A stretch of 39,655 bases of DNA. Origin: a virus. Positions 27,608-35,724 of the stretch are shown in pieces. Below the pieces are notes generated by a model that was not told where the DNA came from, ran no database searches, and saw only the letters and a program-made list of their open reading frames with translations. The stretch is from the UHGV virus genome UHGV-0213320; one strand, written 5' to 3'. Position 1 is the stretch's first letter, and each line of letters starts with the position of its first letter. The position numbers and the translations under genes are program-made.

Positions 27608-28037
27608 GTATTTAGAATCCCTTATTTTTGACCGTACGCAGTCAGACATAATAGAATTAACCGACAAGGCTTACATTGATTACAAAGACCTAAACCGTGT
27701 CGAACAGGCAATCAAATGGGTATCTTATGTCCTTAATCAGTACGGATATAGAAATACGATTGTATCTAAGACATGGAAACCGCAGGACCATAGGACGGAT
27801 TACGAAATGGACCGTCTGAAAAAAAATATAGTTGCAATAAGGAATGCATACTATACAGACAGCAACACCCCGCTAACCCCTGATAAGATAACATACACAT
27901 CAGTTTATCAGGCCAACGCCATAGAAAGAATCATTTATGATTTGGGGAATCTGATTGTAAAATCCTGTCCAGGTCCAAACCATCTTGCATTCACACTTGG
28001 AAGGAAAACATTAGGAAACAGGAGTATAAGCCTATGA
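27600..28037 (+). CDS. Baseplate/tail-fibre-associated hypothetical protein
   Basis: 145-aa ORF, coupled. Confidence 0.4.
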   Translation: MSKYLESLIFDRTQSDIIELTDKAYIDYKDLNRVEQAIKWVSYVLNQYGYRNTIVSKTWKPQDHRTDYEMDRLKKNIVAIRNAYYTDSNTPLTPDKITYTSVYQANAIERIIYDLGNLIVKSCPGPNHLAFTLGRKTLGNRSISL

Positions 28038-28501
28038 GTTTGAAAACTGATTATAAAAATGATAAATTTTCTGGAATGCGTAAATACAAAATTGAAACTG
28101 ATTCTGAAACCGGACTATCTACATTGGATGATAAAACCGAATATGTGGAGGTAGGGGACATATTCTCTGCTGATGATATCAATAATACAAATAAGGCCAT
28201 TAACAAGATAGAAGGAACAGTTAATGATATGATTGGGGCAATCAGGCTCGATTTCCCTAAAACTGGGTGGAGCACCCAGGCACCATATAAACAGACTGTA
28301 AACAATGCGGGTATAAATGATACGGATGTCCCAGTGCCAATGTTCGAGTATCCTGTCATTAATTCGGAACAGCAACAGAAAGACGTGGACAGAAGCGTGG
28401 GGTATATCACCGACATAACAACGAATAATGGATCAGTGACCATTACATGTAATTATAGGAAACCAACAGCAGATTTCATACTTGTATTGAAAGGAATATG
28501 A
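28034..28501 (+). CDS. Baseplate/tail-fibre-associated hypothetical protein
   Basis: 155-aa ORF, coupled. Confidence 0.4.
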   Translation: MSLKTDYKNDKFSGMRKYKIETDSETGLSTLDDKTEYVEVGDIFSADDINNTNKAINKIEGTVNDMIGAIRLDFPKTGWSTQAPYKQTVNNAGINDTDVPVPMFEYPVINSEQQQKDVDRSVGYITDITTNNGSVTITCNYRKPTADFILVLKGI

Positions 28502-28923
28502 CAATGAGAATCGGATTACCGTTTAAAGGAAGTGGGGTTGATGTGACCGGCCTAACCGCTACATCACCAAGAGTCAGAAAAGGAAAAACATTTTATGGAG
28601 CTGGGACTGATAATGAACAGTCTGGGACAATGCAAGATGTTGAATCGATTAATAAAAAGATGGACGTAAATGAAACATATAATATTACGCCTGGATACCA
28701 TGATGGAAATGATACATTCTTCCAAAACCTTGAAACATACAGAGGTGGATTTGTTGACCCTGGTCCTGGTAAACAGGTGATTGAAACAAAAGGAAAATAC
28801 GTAATGTATGATATTATTGTATTGGAAGTAAGCGGATTGCGACCGGAAGTGATAAAATATGGCGTGACTGTTGGTGAAGGTGAAGGGGCGGTAACTGGTA
28901 CATGGCAGGGTTTTGTAAGTTAG
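28498..28923 (+). CDS. Tail-fibre-region protein, paralog of the N-terminal half of the next gene
   Basis: Shared pattern GK..(E)..QTGT...PGY..G.....LET....GPG..Q......GKY...DI.......P.VIK.G..V...GPG.W.G.V with 28902-29843. Confidence 0.5.
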   Translation: MTMRIGLPFKGSGVDVTGLTATSPRVRKGKTFYGAGTDNEQSGTMQDVESINKKMDVNETYNITPGYHDGNDTFFQNLETYRGGFVDPGPGKQVIETKGKYVMYDIIVLEVSGLRPEVIKYGVTVGEGEGAVTGTWQGFVS

Positions 28924-29843
28924 TGGAATGGATGGTGTATATGGCGAAGTTGGCGTTACATAAATTTGGTAGTCAAGCGAATCTGGATGACTTAACAGCA
29001 ATGCCAGAGGATGTATTGGAAGGTAATATATTCCTTGGGAAAGGAAGCGAGGAGAAACAGACCGGAACACTTCCAGACAAAAAATCCCCAACAATTATAT
29101 TGTCGGCAAACGGGGAAATAAAACTTGAACCTGGATATTATTCAGGTGGGAAAATCACCCAGAACATTGAAACATTTGATGCACAGACAATCGGTCCTGG
29201 AGCAAAACAAATCACGGTCAAGACTGCTGGAAAATACGGGAATGGTGATATCACTATTAATCCGGTTAAAAACCTAACCCCTTCGGTCATTAAGAAAGGT
29301 GAATATGTTGCAGGCGTAGGTCCTGGACTGTGGGAAGGATATGTAAATGAGGACCCATATACCCCATATCTATTCGGGACATTTTATGGCTCACAGGGTA
29401 TTACATATTTTAGGTATACAACATATAGACAAGGTACTGGTACGGTAAAACTGTCAAAGGACCACATAGAAGCAAGTGCAGGTTCAGGAGAAACAGTCGC
29501 ATTTGTTTTTGACCTACCCATCAACCTTACAAATGTAAAATCGGTTACGGTCCAAATGTCTGGAACCGGAAAGGTTTGCAAGGTTATGGTATGCCGGAAT
29601 AGGGTGGAAAACTATATTGAGGAAGCATATCAGTCCGGTTCAAGCGTGCAATATAGATATAATCCGAATCTAGGTGACATATTACTTGATGGGTCAATTG
29701 GAAGAAGTAGCTCTTCCGGAGCTGAATGGGAGCAAGAAAAAACATTTACCTTAAGCGGAATAACTGGCAATGCCTACCTGTATATTGGAGCTTCTGGGGC
29801 TGCGTTTGACTACAATTTATATTTGGCTAGATTTAATCTGTAA
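28902..29843 (+). CDS. Tail-fibre-region protein (duplicated N-terminal module + C-terminal extension)
   Basis: 313 aa. Residues ~40-150 paralogous to ORF 28498-28923. Confidence 0.5.
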   Translation: MAGFCKLVEWMVYMAKLALHKFGSQANLDDLTAMPEDVLEGNIFLGKGSEEKQTGTLPDKKSPTIILSANGEIKLEPGYYSGGKITQNIETFDAQTIGPGAKQITVKTAGKYGNGDITINPVKNLTPSVIKKGEYVAGVGPGLWEGYVNEDPYTPYLFGTFYGSQGITYFRYTTYRQGTGTVKLSKDHIEASAGSGETVAFVFDLPINLTNVKSVTVQMSGTGKVCKVMVCRNRVENYIEEAYQSGSSVQYRYNPNLGDILLDGSIGRSSSSGAEWEQEKTFTLSGITGNAYLYIGASGAAFDYNLYLARFNL

Positions 29844-29852
29844 GGAGGTTAC

Positions 29853-30578
29853 ATGAATAACATAGAAAATATCCAAGAATATATACCTACTGTGTATGTT
29901 AATGACTCTGAGCCAGATTTGGATGAGACAAACTTAAACAAAACAGAACAGGCAATAAAACGGGTAACCGATGCAGCCAATAAAGCAATTGATGCATTAA
30001 AGCAACTGGACCGGGAGAAGTTAGCGTTATCTGCTATATCTAACGTATTATCTGATGCTACAGATAAGGTTCCATCATTGGCTTTAGCTAATACAATGCA
30101 GCTCGCGATTAATGACTTAAATACCAATTTGGGCGCGGAATTAGTGACTGGCGATATGTTATCCTATGCTCTTAGAATGAGTAGAGGATTTTACGTCATA
30201 CGAACTGACAATACGACTGCCAATACACCTAAAGACTATATGTCTGGATATATAGTCAAAAGATTTGACAATCCAAATCAGATAACAATTGTACTTTTTG
30301 AGTTAGGTAAAACCAAACCATATTATAACAGCTATAATGGTAGTGCTTGGTCTGGATGGGTTGCTGGTTTACAAGACTCCGATTTGGTCATAAATAGTCC
30401 CATAAAAAAGACAAAAGTAGCCCTGGAAAATGACAGGCTCTTGTTTTGGGTTTATACTGATGGAGATGCGATGATGAATGGTTATCGGGTAGACTTTAAT
30501 GGTGCGGAAAAGCGCATTTATTACGGAAAAATAACCAATGGCATTTACAGTAATATTGGTGGTACTACCTTAACGTAA
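29853..30578 (+). CDS. Tail fibre / receptor-binding protein with switchable C-terminal domain
   Basis: 241 aa, strong RBS AAGGAGG. C-terminal ~145 aa homologous to the inverted promoterless cassette at 30583-30990. The homology begins exactly at a 12-bp inverted repeat. Confidence 0.6.
   Translation: MNNIENIQEYIPTVYVNDSEPDLDETNLNKTEQAIKRVTDAANKAIDALKQLDREKLALSAISNVLSDATDKVPSLALANTMQLAINDLNTNLGAELVTGDMLSYALRMSRGFYVIRTDNTTANTPKDYMSGYIVKRFDNPNQITIVLFELGKTKPYYNSYNGSAWSGWVAGLQDSDLVINSPIKKTKVALENDRLLFWVYTDGDAMMNGYRVDFNGAEKRIYYGKITNGIYSNIGGTTLT
30119..30138 (+). repeat. Left inverted repeat of candidate invertible segment (AAATACCAATTTGGGCGCGG)
   Basis: Matches, in inverted orientation, AAATAGCAATTTAGCAGCGC at 30981-31000 (12-bp core with 1 mismatch). 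In the same codon phase in both ORFs. Confidence 0.5.
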
Positions 30579-30582
30579 TTGA

Positions 30583-31000
30583 TTATTTGATGTTACGAGA
30601 CACATCAAATGTAATATAGCCTTTATCCACCCCATCTACAAAAATCTGTACATAGTTTTGGGTATCATTAAGTTTGTTGACATACAAGGTCACTGCTTTA
30701 CCAGCGGATACTCCTGTGGTTTTGACCGCACTGGCAAAATCCGCGTCTTGAATAAAAGTGCTCCACCCAATCCAGTTGGTCGCCGAAGGCTTTCGGTTGG
30801 TATATACCCTGTTGGATGTGCTATCGTACAATACTATTGCAATATCATTACCCCGGCGGATAATCATCCCCTCCGAGTAAGTTGTAGGAGTATCAGATGT
30901 CTGTGACCCGGTACGTACATTACTAATCCCTTGAGGCGCTGACGCTGCATAAGTCAATATGCTGCCGACCACATCCGATTGCGCTGCTAAATTGCTATTT
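30583..31000 (-). other. Silent inverted alternative tail-fibre C-terminal cassette (Sv'-like) with right inverted repeat
   Basis: The minus-strand ORF lacks an RBS or native N-terminus (its 5' end reads through the antisense of gene 31034). Residues NLAAQSDVVGSILTYAASAPQG...WIGW...QDAD... align with NLGAELVTGDMLSYALRMSRG...WSGW...QDSD... of ORF 29853. Confidence 0.55.
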
Positions 31001-31033
31001 GCTATATAAAAACATACCCATGAAAGGAGTAAA

Positions 31034-31447
31034 ATGAACCAATTAAAACTATTAAACAACACAAAATACGACTTAATTACAAACGGGGTGGAAGAATCAG
31101 GCGATTACCTAACCCTGTCGTTTCTTCCCGTCCTAGATAATTTTGAAACGGTAGAATCCGAATTTAATCCGACAAATACAGAAAAAATTTACATACTTGG
31201 TTTGGACGGTCAGCCGATGGAAGTAAAAACCGGATTTACTCAGCTGGTTGAGATGCGCAAGAAAATGGATTATGTCATTTCAGCCGAAACAGTAAATACC
31301 GGAACCGAGGAAGAGCCGAATTATGAAACCAATGAAGTGAAGGATAGCATTATGGTTGTTAAACTTCGTAGGCCAGATATCCGGGATACAGTGCGTACAT
31401 TGCAAGATACAGTGGATGCAATAATTTTAAGTCAGCTGGAGGTGTAA
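31034..31447 (+). CDS. Hypothetical protein (XkdW-position)
   Basis: 137 aa, RBS GAAAGGAG, between the tail fibre and the XkdX-like gene. Confidence 0.4.
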   Translation: MNQLKLLNNTKYDLITNGVEESGDYLTLSFLPVLDNFETVESEFNPTNTEKIYILGLDGQPMEVKTGFTQLVEMRKKMDYVISAETVNTGTEEEPNYETNEVKDSIMVVKLRRPDIRDTVRTLQDTVDAIILSQLEV

Positions 31448-31448
31448 C

Positions 31449-31574
31449 ATGTATACAACATTAAAAAGGCTATATAACAATTGTAAAGGTCCATTAACTG
31501 TTGCCGAACTTAACCGGGCTGTTTCAATTGGATGGATTACAGAGCAGCAGAAAAACAGTATAATCGGAGGATGA
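31449..31574 (+). CDS. XkdX-family small protein
   Basis: 41 aa MYTTLKRLYNNCKGPLTVAELNRAVSIGWITEQQKNSIIGG, shaped like PBSX XkdX (W...IT.E.Y..I.G). Lies just upstream of the lysin. Confidence 0.45.
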   Translation: MYTTLKRLYNNCKGPLTVAELNRAVSIGWITEQQKNSIIGG

Positions 31575-31576
31575 TT

Positions 31577-32317
31577 ATGAGAGATATCACATTGTGCCAT
31601 CCACGCTTGCAGCTTTTAGCGGGTCAGTTGGTGGATGAATGCAATAAACAGGGATTAAAAATTAAGATAGGCGAAACACTGCGAACCGTGGCAGAACAGG
31701 ATGCTTTATACGCTCAGGGCAGGACTAAACCGGGGAACATTGTAACTAATGCTCCTGGCAGCAGCTACAGTTCCTATCATCAGTGGGGTACTGCCTTTGA
31801 TATCTTCCGCAATGACGGCGCTGGTGCTTATAATGAAATTGGGGGCTTTTTTAACCGTGTAGGTGCTATCGGTGTATCTTTAGGACTTGAATGGGGTGGA
31901 AATTGGAAGTCTCCTGTGGACAAGCCACATTTCCAGTTGCCGAATTGGGGAAGCAGCACATCTGGAATCAAGAAACTGTATCGTAACCCGAATGAATTTA
32001 TGAAAACCTGGGTTACGGAGGAGCGCACAGGCTGGATTAAAGATAATAACGGTTGGTGGTATCGCAGACCAGATGGAACTTACCCGACTAATAAATGGTG
32101 TATCATAAATCACCATTGGTATCTGTTTAATAAGGACGGATATGCTTGCACCAGCTGGCACCGCTGGAATGGAAGTGCATGTGACCCGGACGATGGTTCT
32201 GGGGATTGGTATTACTTTGACCCTACACCAGACGGTCCATTGGAGGGGGCGTGCTGGCATAGTCAAGATAATGGGGCGCAGAATGTCTGGTACATAGAGG
32301 ATTCTAATTCAATATAA
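31577..32317 (+). CDS. Endolysin: M15-family peptidase domain + choline-binding-type cell-wall-binding repeats
   Basis: Catalytic motif SYHQWGTAFDI...EWGGNW...DKPHFQL (M15 / VanY-like zinc peptidase). C-terminal GWIKDNNGWWY / NKWCIINHHWYLFNKDGY / GDWYYF repeats (CW_binding_1-like). RBS CGGAGG. Confidence 0.8.
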   Translation: MRDITLCHPRLQLLAGQLVDECNKQGLKIKIGETLRTVAEQDALYAQGRTKPGNIVTNAPGSSYSSYHQWGTAFDIFRNDGAGAYNEIGGFFNRVGAIGVSLGLEWGGNWKSPVDKPHFQLPNWGSSTSGIKKLYRNPNEFMKTWVTEERTGWIKDNNGWWYRRPDGTYPTNKWCIINHHWYLFNKDGYACTSWHRWNGSACDPDDGSGDWYYFDPTPDGPLEGACWHSQDNGAQNVWYIEDSNSI

Positions 32318-32355
32318 AAGCGCCAGAACTTGACTCTGACGCTTCTATAAATAAA

Positions 32356-32368
32356 GTACCATCTTCGG
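32356..32368 (+). repeat. 13-bp element GTACCATCTTCGG, inverted copy at 33754-33766, partial direct copy at 33792-33800
   Basis: Direct inspection. The copies bracket the integrase gene. Confidence 0.4.
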
Positions 32369-32372
32369 AAAT

Positions 32373-32394
32373 ATGCAACACGAAATGCAACACG
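32373..32394 (+). repeat. Direct repeats ATGCAACACG x2 (second pair at 32569-32588)
   Basis: Four copies of the 10-mer in two tandem pairs ~175 bp apart, in the lysin-integrase intergenic region. Candidate integrase arm-type sites. Confidence 0.45.
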
Positions 32395-32455
32395 GAGCCT
32401 ACAAACCGCATAAAACCGTTGTATTTTACGGGTCCGATTCCCGTCAGCAGCTTTT

Positions 32456-32505
32456 TCTTAAAACCTTGTAGATACGTAGAAAACAACGTATTTGCAAGGT
32501 TTTTT
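32456..32505. terminator. Bidirectional terminator hairpin (AAAACCTTGtagATACG...CGTATttgCAAGGTTTTTT)
   Basis: ~14-bp imperfect stem with an A-run on the 5' side and a T-run on the 3' side, between convergent lysin and integrase genes. Confidence 0.55.
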
Positions 32506-32568
32506 CATGTTTTTGAATAGCACTTCCTCCGTCTGTCACGGAGGAAATAATTATAATATTTAGGATAT

Positions 32569-32588
32569 ATGCAACACGATGCAACACG
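32569..32588 (+). repeat. Second tandem pair of ATGCAACACG repeats
   Basis: See 32373-32394. Confidence 0.45.
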
Positions 32589-32605
32589 GAAAATATGCTA
32601 TTCTA

Positions 32606-33676
32606 TCACATAATAAACTTTTCAAAGTGTTTATTGATTTTTTTATTCTGCCGGACGGATTCCAGGTCAATCACATTCCTGTATACAGTTTTCATGATAT
32701 TGTCACTGGCCCATCCTCCCCGCTGCAATATATATTGGTCTGGTACACCTATGGCGTGCATAATGGATGCAGCATAATGCCGGAGGTCGTGAAAGCGAAA
32801 ATGCGGTACATCAATCTTTTTAAGCACCCGCCCAAATCTATGTGTGATATAATCCGGGTTCATGTCAACCAGCTTCCCTTTTTTGCCAGATATCCGGTCA
32901 ATTACAAAGGCTGGCATTTCTACGTCCCGTGTGCTGTCATCCGTCTTTGGCTGCTTGATATACCATTGATTGTCTGGTCCCTTGACCATATTGTCTCTTA
33001 CATGGATAATACGACCTTCTACATTTTTATCAGTAAGGGCGCTTATCTCTCCGCGTCTGAGTGGGCCAAATGCAGCCAGTAACACGGCTATCTCTAAATC
33101 TGTACCTTTGATAGCGTCTAACAGCTTTTTAATATCATTGTCATTGGGGCAGTATAAATCGGGGCGTTTTTTCTGTGGAAGCTTTACCTTTAAGGTTAAA
33201 TCAGGCGCAAACATTTCCAATGATGCGGATAACAGGCCATAGGCATTTCTAACTGTCTTGGGAGACAGTTGTTTTCCTGCCAAATCACTTACCCATATCT
33301 GTACAGATGGATTAGATAGCTCTGAGAGCCGTTTACGCCCAAATACGCCGTCAAAATACTGCCTTTGCATACCAACATACCCTCTAAGCGTAGAAGGGCT
33401 TAAAACTCCTTTTTTGACGCTCAAATAACGTTCGATAGCTTGACTCACTGTTATATCTTCGTCCTCTTCCTCTTCCGGTACGTTGTATTGCTCTATAGGC
33501 TTGTCCTTCATGTCTAATTTCCATCTGGTAGCCATCTCCTTTGCCTCTTTACGTGATGGAGCAACAAAGCTTTTGTAATGCCGTTTTCCTTTATCATCTG
33601 TATACAGATACACTTGCACTCTGACATTTCCAGACGGCAGTACTCCTTTTTTCTTTTTCGGGGCTTTTGTAGTCAT
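32606..33676 (-). CDS. int: Tyrosine integrase (phage integrase family)
   Basis: Start MTTKAPKKKKG after RBS GGAGGAAAG. N-terminal SAM-like/arm domain, catalytic RRGEISAL (Arg), HRFGRVL / HDLRHYAAS (HxxR), GGWASDNIMKTVYRNV (Tyr). 356 aa. Confidence 0.9.
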   Translation of the reverse strand: MTTKAPKKKKGVLPSGNVRVQVYLYTDDKGKRHYKSFVAPSRKEAKEMATRWKLDMKDKPIEQYNVPEEEEDEDITVSQAIERYLSVKKGVLSPSTLRGYVGMQRQYFDGVFGRKRLSELSNPSVQIWVSDLAGKQLSPKTVRNAYGLLSASLEMFAPDLTLKVKLPQKKRPDLYCPNDNDIKKLLDAIKGTDLEIAVLLAAFGPLRRGEISALTDKNVEGRIIHVRDNMVKGPDNQWYIKQPKTDDSTRDVEMPAFVIDRISGKKGKLVDMNPDYITHRFGRVLKKIDVPHFRFHDLRHYAASIMHAIGVPDQYILQRGGWASDNIMKTVYRNVIDLESVRQNKKINKHFEKFIM

Positions 33677-33842
33677 TTTTCTTTCCTCCTTCAATTGATT
33701 TTCCTGAAAATAGGTATAAAAAATACAGCTCCGCAAATATCTTGCAAAGCCGCCCCGAAGATGGTACAATATAAGTGCGAATTATAGTGCATATCTTCGG
33801 GTATGTAGGCCGGTTCCTGTTGGCGCAGGGGCCGGTTTTATT

Positions 33843-34439
33843 TTATTTACCAATCCATCTGTTTCCGCAATCACGACAATAGTATTCATTATGCGCTTTC
33901 TTTTTTGTTCCAGTAAAAATCAAAGAGGTTCCAGCGGTAGCTATACCAAGTCCAATTTTTGCAGCAGATTTTTTCTCTTTTTTCTCCTCTTTTGTATTAA
34001 ATACTGTTAGAGGATGCAAAGGATTCAAATTTACAGATGTTTTTTGTTTTATATGATAGTTGGCTTCGTTAGACCATAAGTCCACATTATGACTTTTACA
34101 TTTAGGACATTTTAAACCTGATTTATTTTCTTTAGGAGTTTGAGCAAAAGCCTGTTCTTGCTGTTCTGTTTCAACCATAGGCAAATCAGGGCAATTTTCG
34201 GATATATAGTCTACAGCTCGTAAAATAGGTTCATTAGCTTTATATGCAAACTCAAAAGTGGTTTTTTCATTAGTACGGCTTATAAAATTCATATAACCAG
34301 ATTTGATTTTGGTTGCAAAACAATATTCAATTTTTTTCATATTAGAATATTGCAGTGTTGTTTTAGAGCCAAAAAAGTTGAAAATATTTATTTCTTCTTT
34401 TCCGATAAATAACTCTTTTGTAGTTCCTTTAATACTCAA
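33843..34439 (-). CDS. Moron protein: N-terminal PH-like domain + C-terminal zinc ribbon (CPKC...CRDCGNRW)
   Basis: 198 aa between the integrase and ImmA genes. Two CxxC pairs flank a K/E-rich linker. Confidence 0.45.
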   Translation of the reverse strand: MSIKGTTKELFIGKEEINIFNFFGSKTTLQYSNMKKIEYCFATKIKSGYMNFISRTNEKTTFEFAYKANEPILRAVDYISENCPDLPMVETEQQEQAFAQTPKENKSGLKCPKCKSHNVDLWSNEANYHIKQKTSVNLNPLHPLTVFNTKEEKKEKKSAAKIGLGIATAGTSLIFTGTKKKAHNEYYCRDCGNRWIGK

Positions 34440-34443
34440 AAAA

Positions 34444-34878
34444 TCAGTTCCTCCTTCCGATTATTTTAAAATCAAAAAGTTTTTCCCTATATCCCGTTAA
34501 TCCAGCGAGTTGTTTTTTGCTCATTCCTGGATTTTCCAATATAGTTTTGTCCGGTATTAAAAGTTCAGCAGTAAAAATGTTTGCTTCTTGCTCGGGCTTA
34601 GCCTTACTAAAAAAGGTTCCTCCAAAAAACATACATTCAGTACCTTTGTGTAGCACCCCATGACCTACTTCATGGGCTAAGACAATATCACTGTATTTGG
34701 TATCGGTAATGCGTGAGTTGATGCATATACACGGTACTCCTTCGTATTCTATGTAGTAACCCGAGTATTGACCCAGGTCATGCTTTTGTACAATAAAACC
34801 TAAATAGTCCGCAATTTCCATAGGATTTCTGGTTCCGTATTTTTCAACCAGATTCAAAACAGTATCTTTAATCTCCAA
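34444..34878 (-). CDS. immA: ImmA/IrrE-family zinc metallopeptidase (anti-repressor protease)
   Basis: HEXXH motif LAHEVGHGVLH. 144 aa immediately downstream of the XRE repressor in the same orientation. Confidence 0.8.
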   Translation of the reverse strand: MEIKDTVLNLVEKYGTRNPMEIADYLGFIVQKHDLGQYSGYYIEYEGVPCICINSRITDTKYSDIVLAHEVGHGVLHKGTECMFFGGTFFSKAKPEQEANIFTAELLIPDKTILENPGMSKKQLAGLTGYREKLFDFKIIGRRN

Positions 34879-34881
34879 TCG

Positions 34882-35304
34882 CTACTCTCCAAAGCCTTCC
34901 TGCTTTTTCTTAATCTTAGCCGCCCTACAAAGAGATAACAGTGAGTCTCTTAATAATTTATCCTCATCCTCATCCCCCGAGTAATCCTCGCCGTTAAATC
35001 TTAGGACAACCGTTTCGTTGTTCCTTATGCGCTTCATAATTTCGTCAACATCATTAATTACATTAAGCTCTTCAATGTTAGAAAGAGTGGGCTTCTTTGC
35101 TTCTGGGGATTCCTCCTTCCCAGTCATTAGATAGTCAATAGTGACTCCAAAGTAATTTGCAATTATTCTTCCTATTTCTGGCCCCACAAGCGAATGCTTT
35201 TTTTTCCAAGTGTAAATTGTTGATTGGGATACGCCTGTGTCTTTACAGAATTTATAAGCCGTTATCCCAAACTTTTTCAGAAGTAGTTCAAAAACTTCGT
35301 ACAT
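34882..35304 (-). CDS. immR: XRE-family HTH repressor (ImmR/CI-like)
   Basis: N-terminal HTH FGITAYKFCKDTGVSQSTIYTWKKK. 140 aa, divergent from the early genes, followed by ImmA. Confidence 0.8.
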   Translation of the reverse strand: MYEVFELLLKKFGITAYKFCKDTGVSQSTIYTWKKKHSLVGPEIGRIIANYFGVTIDYLMTGKEESPEAKKPTLSNIEELNVINDVDEIMKRIRNNETVVLRFNGEDYSGDEDEDKLLRDSLLSLCRAAKIKKKQEGFGE

Positions 35305-35523
35305 TGTTACCCCTTTCTTTGTATTTTAAAAATACATCGAAAAAACACAATAAAAAGTATTGACTACCTCGGTGTATAGTGGTATAGTATACCTATACAG
35401 CGGTAGAACGATGTAAAATCAATGCCATTGTATTGGTTTAGTGATGTACCTCGTCTGGTAAACAAAGTATATCACTAAACCGAAGTAAACGCAAGTATTA
35501 TTTTATAGAAAGGTGGGATTTTT
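35305..35523. promoter_or_regulatory. Lysis-lysogeny switch region with divergent promoters and operator-like dyads
   Basis: TTGACT-17nt-TATAGT (35361-35389) reading rightward. Repeated GTATAGT, palindrome GTATAGTATAC, and inverted repeat TTAGTGAT...ATCACTAA. Confidence 0.5.
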
Positions 35524-35718
35524 TTGCCAAAAATGTTTACGTGTGAAGAAGTGGCGTCTCGTTACGCTGTACAGGTCATTACTGTATGGGACTGGATTCG
35601 CAAAAAGAAGTTATCAGCAATCAAGATTGGTAGGGAGTACCGGATAAGTGAAGATGATATAAAAGCGTTTGAAGATTCTCGGCGTACGACCAACAGTATT
35701 TCTCAAAGTAGGAGGTGA
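35524..35718 (+). CDS. HTH_17/excisionase-family DNA-binding protein (Xis- or Cro-like)
   Basis: FTCEEVASRYAVQVITVWDWIRKKKLSAIKIGREYRISEDDIKAF fits the MerR-like/excisionase HTH pattern. First rightward gene. Confidence 0.6.
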   Translation: MPKMFTCEEVASRYAVQVITVWDWIRKKKLSAIKIGREYRISEDDIKAFEDSRRTTNSISQSRR

Positions 35719-35724
35719 AAGAGA

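Noticed and set aside
28498-31062. Diversity-generating retroelement as explanation for duplicated or variable tail-fibre domains
   Set aside because: No reverse transcriptase gene is present. The duplicated segments are similar only at the protein level, not as near-identical template/variable repeats with adenine-specific changes. The inverted-repeat inversion model fits better.
32579-33082. 167-aa plus-strand ORF
   Set aside because: Lies antisense within the integrase gene. No RBS or recognisable domain.
33752-33800. CCCGAAGAT...ATCTTCGGG hairpin as transcription terminator
   Set aside because: The 30-nt loop and absence of a U-tract make a terminator unlikely. Better interpreted as inverted copies of the integrase-flanking 13-bp repeat.
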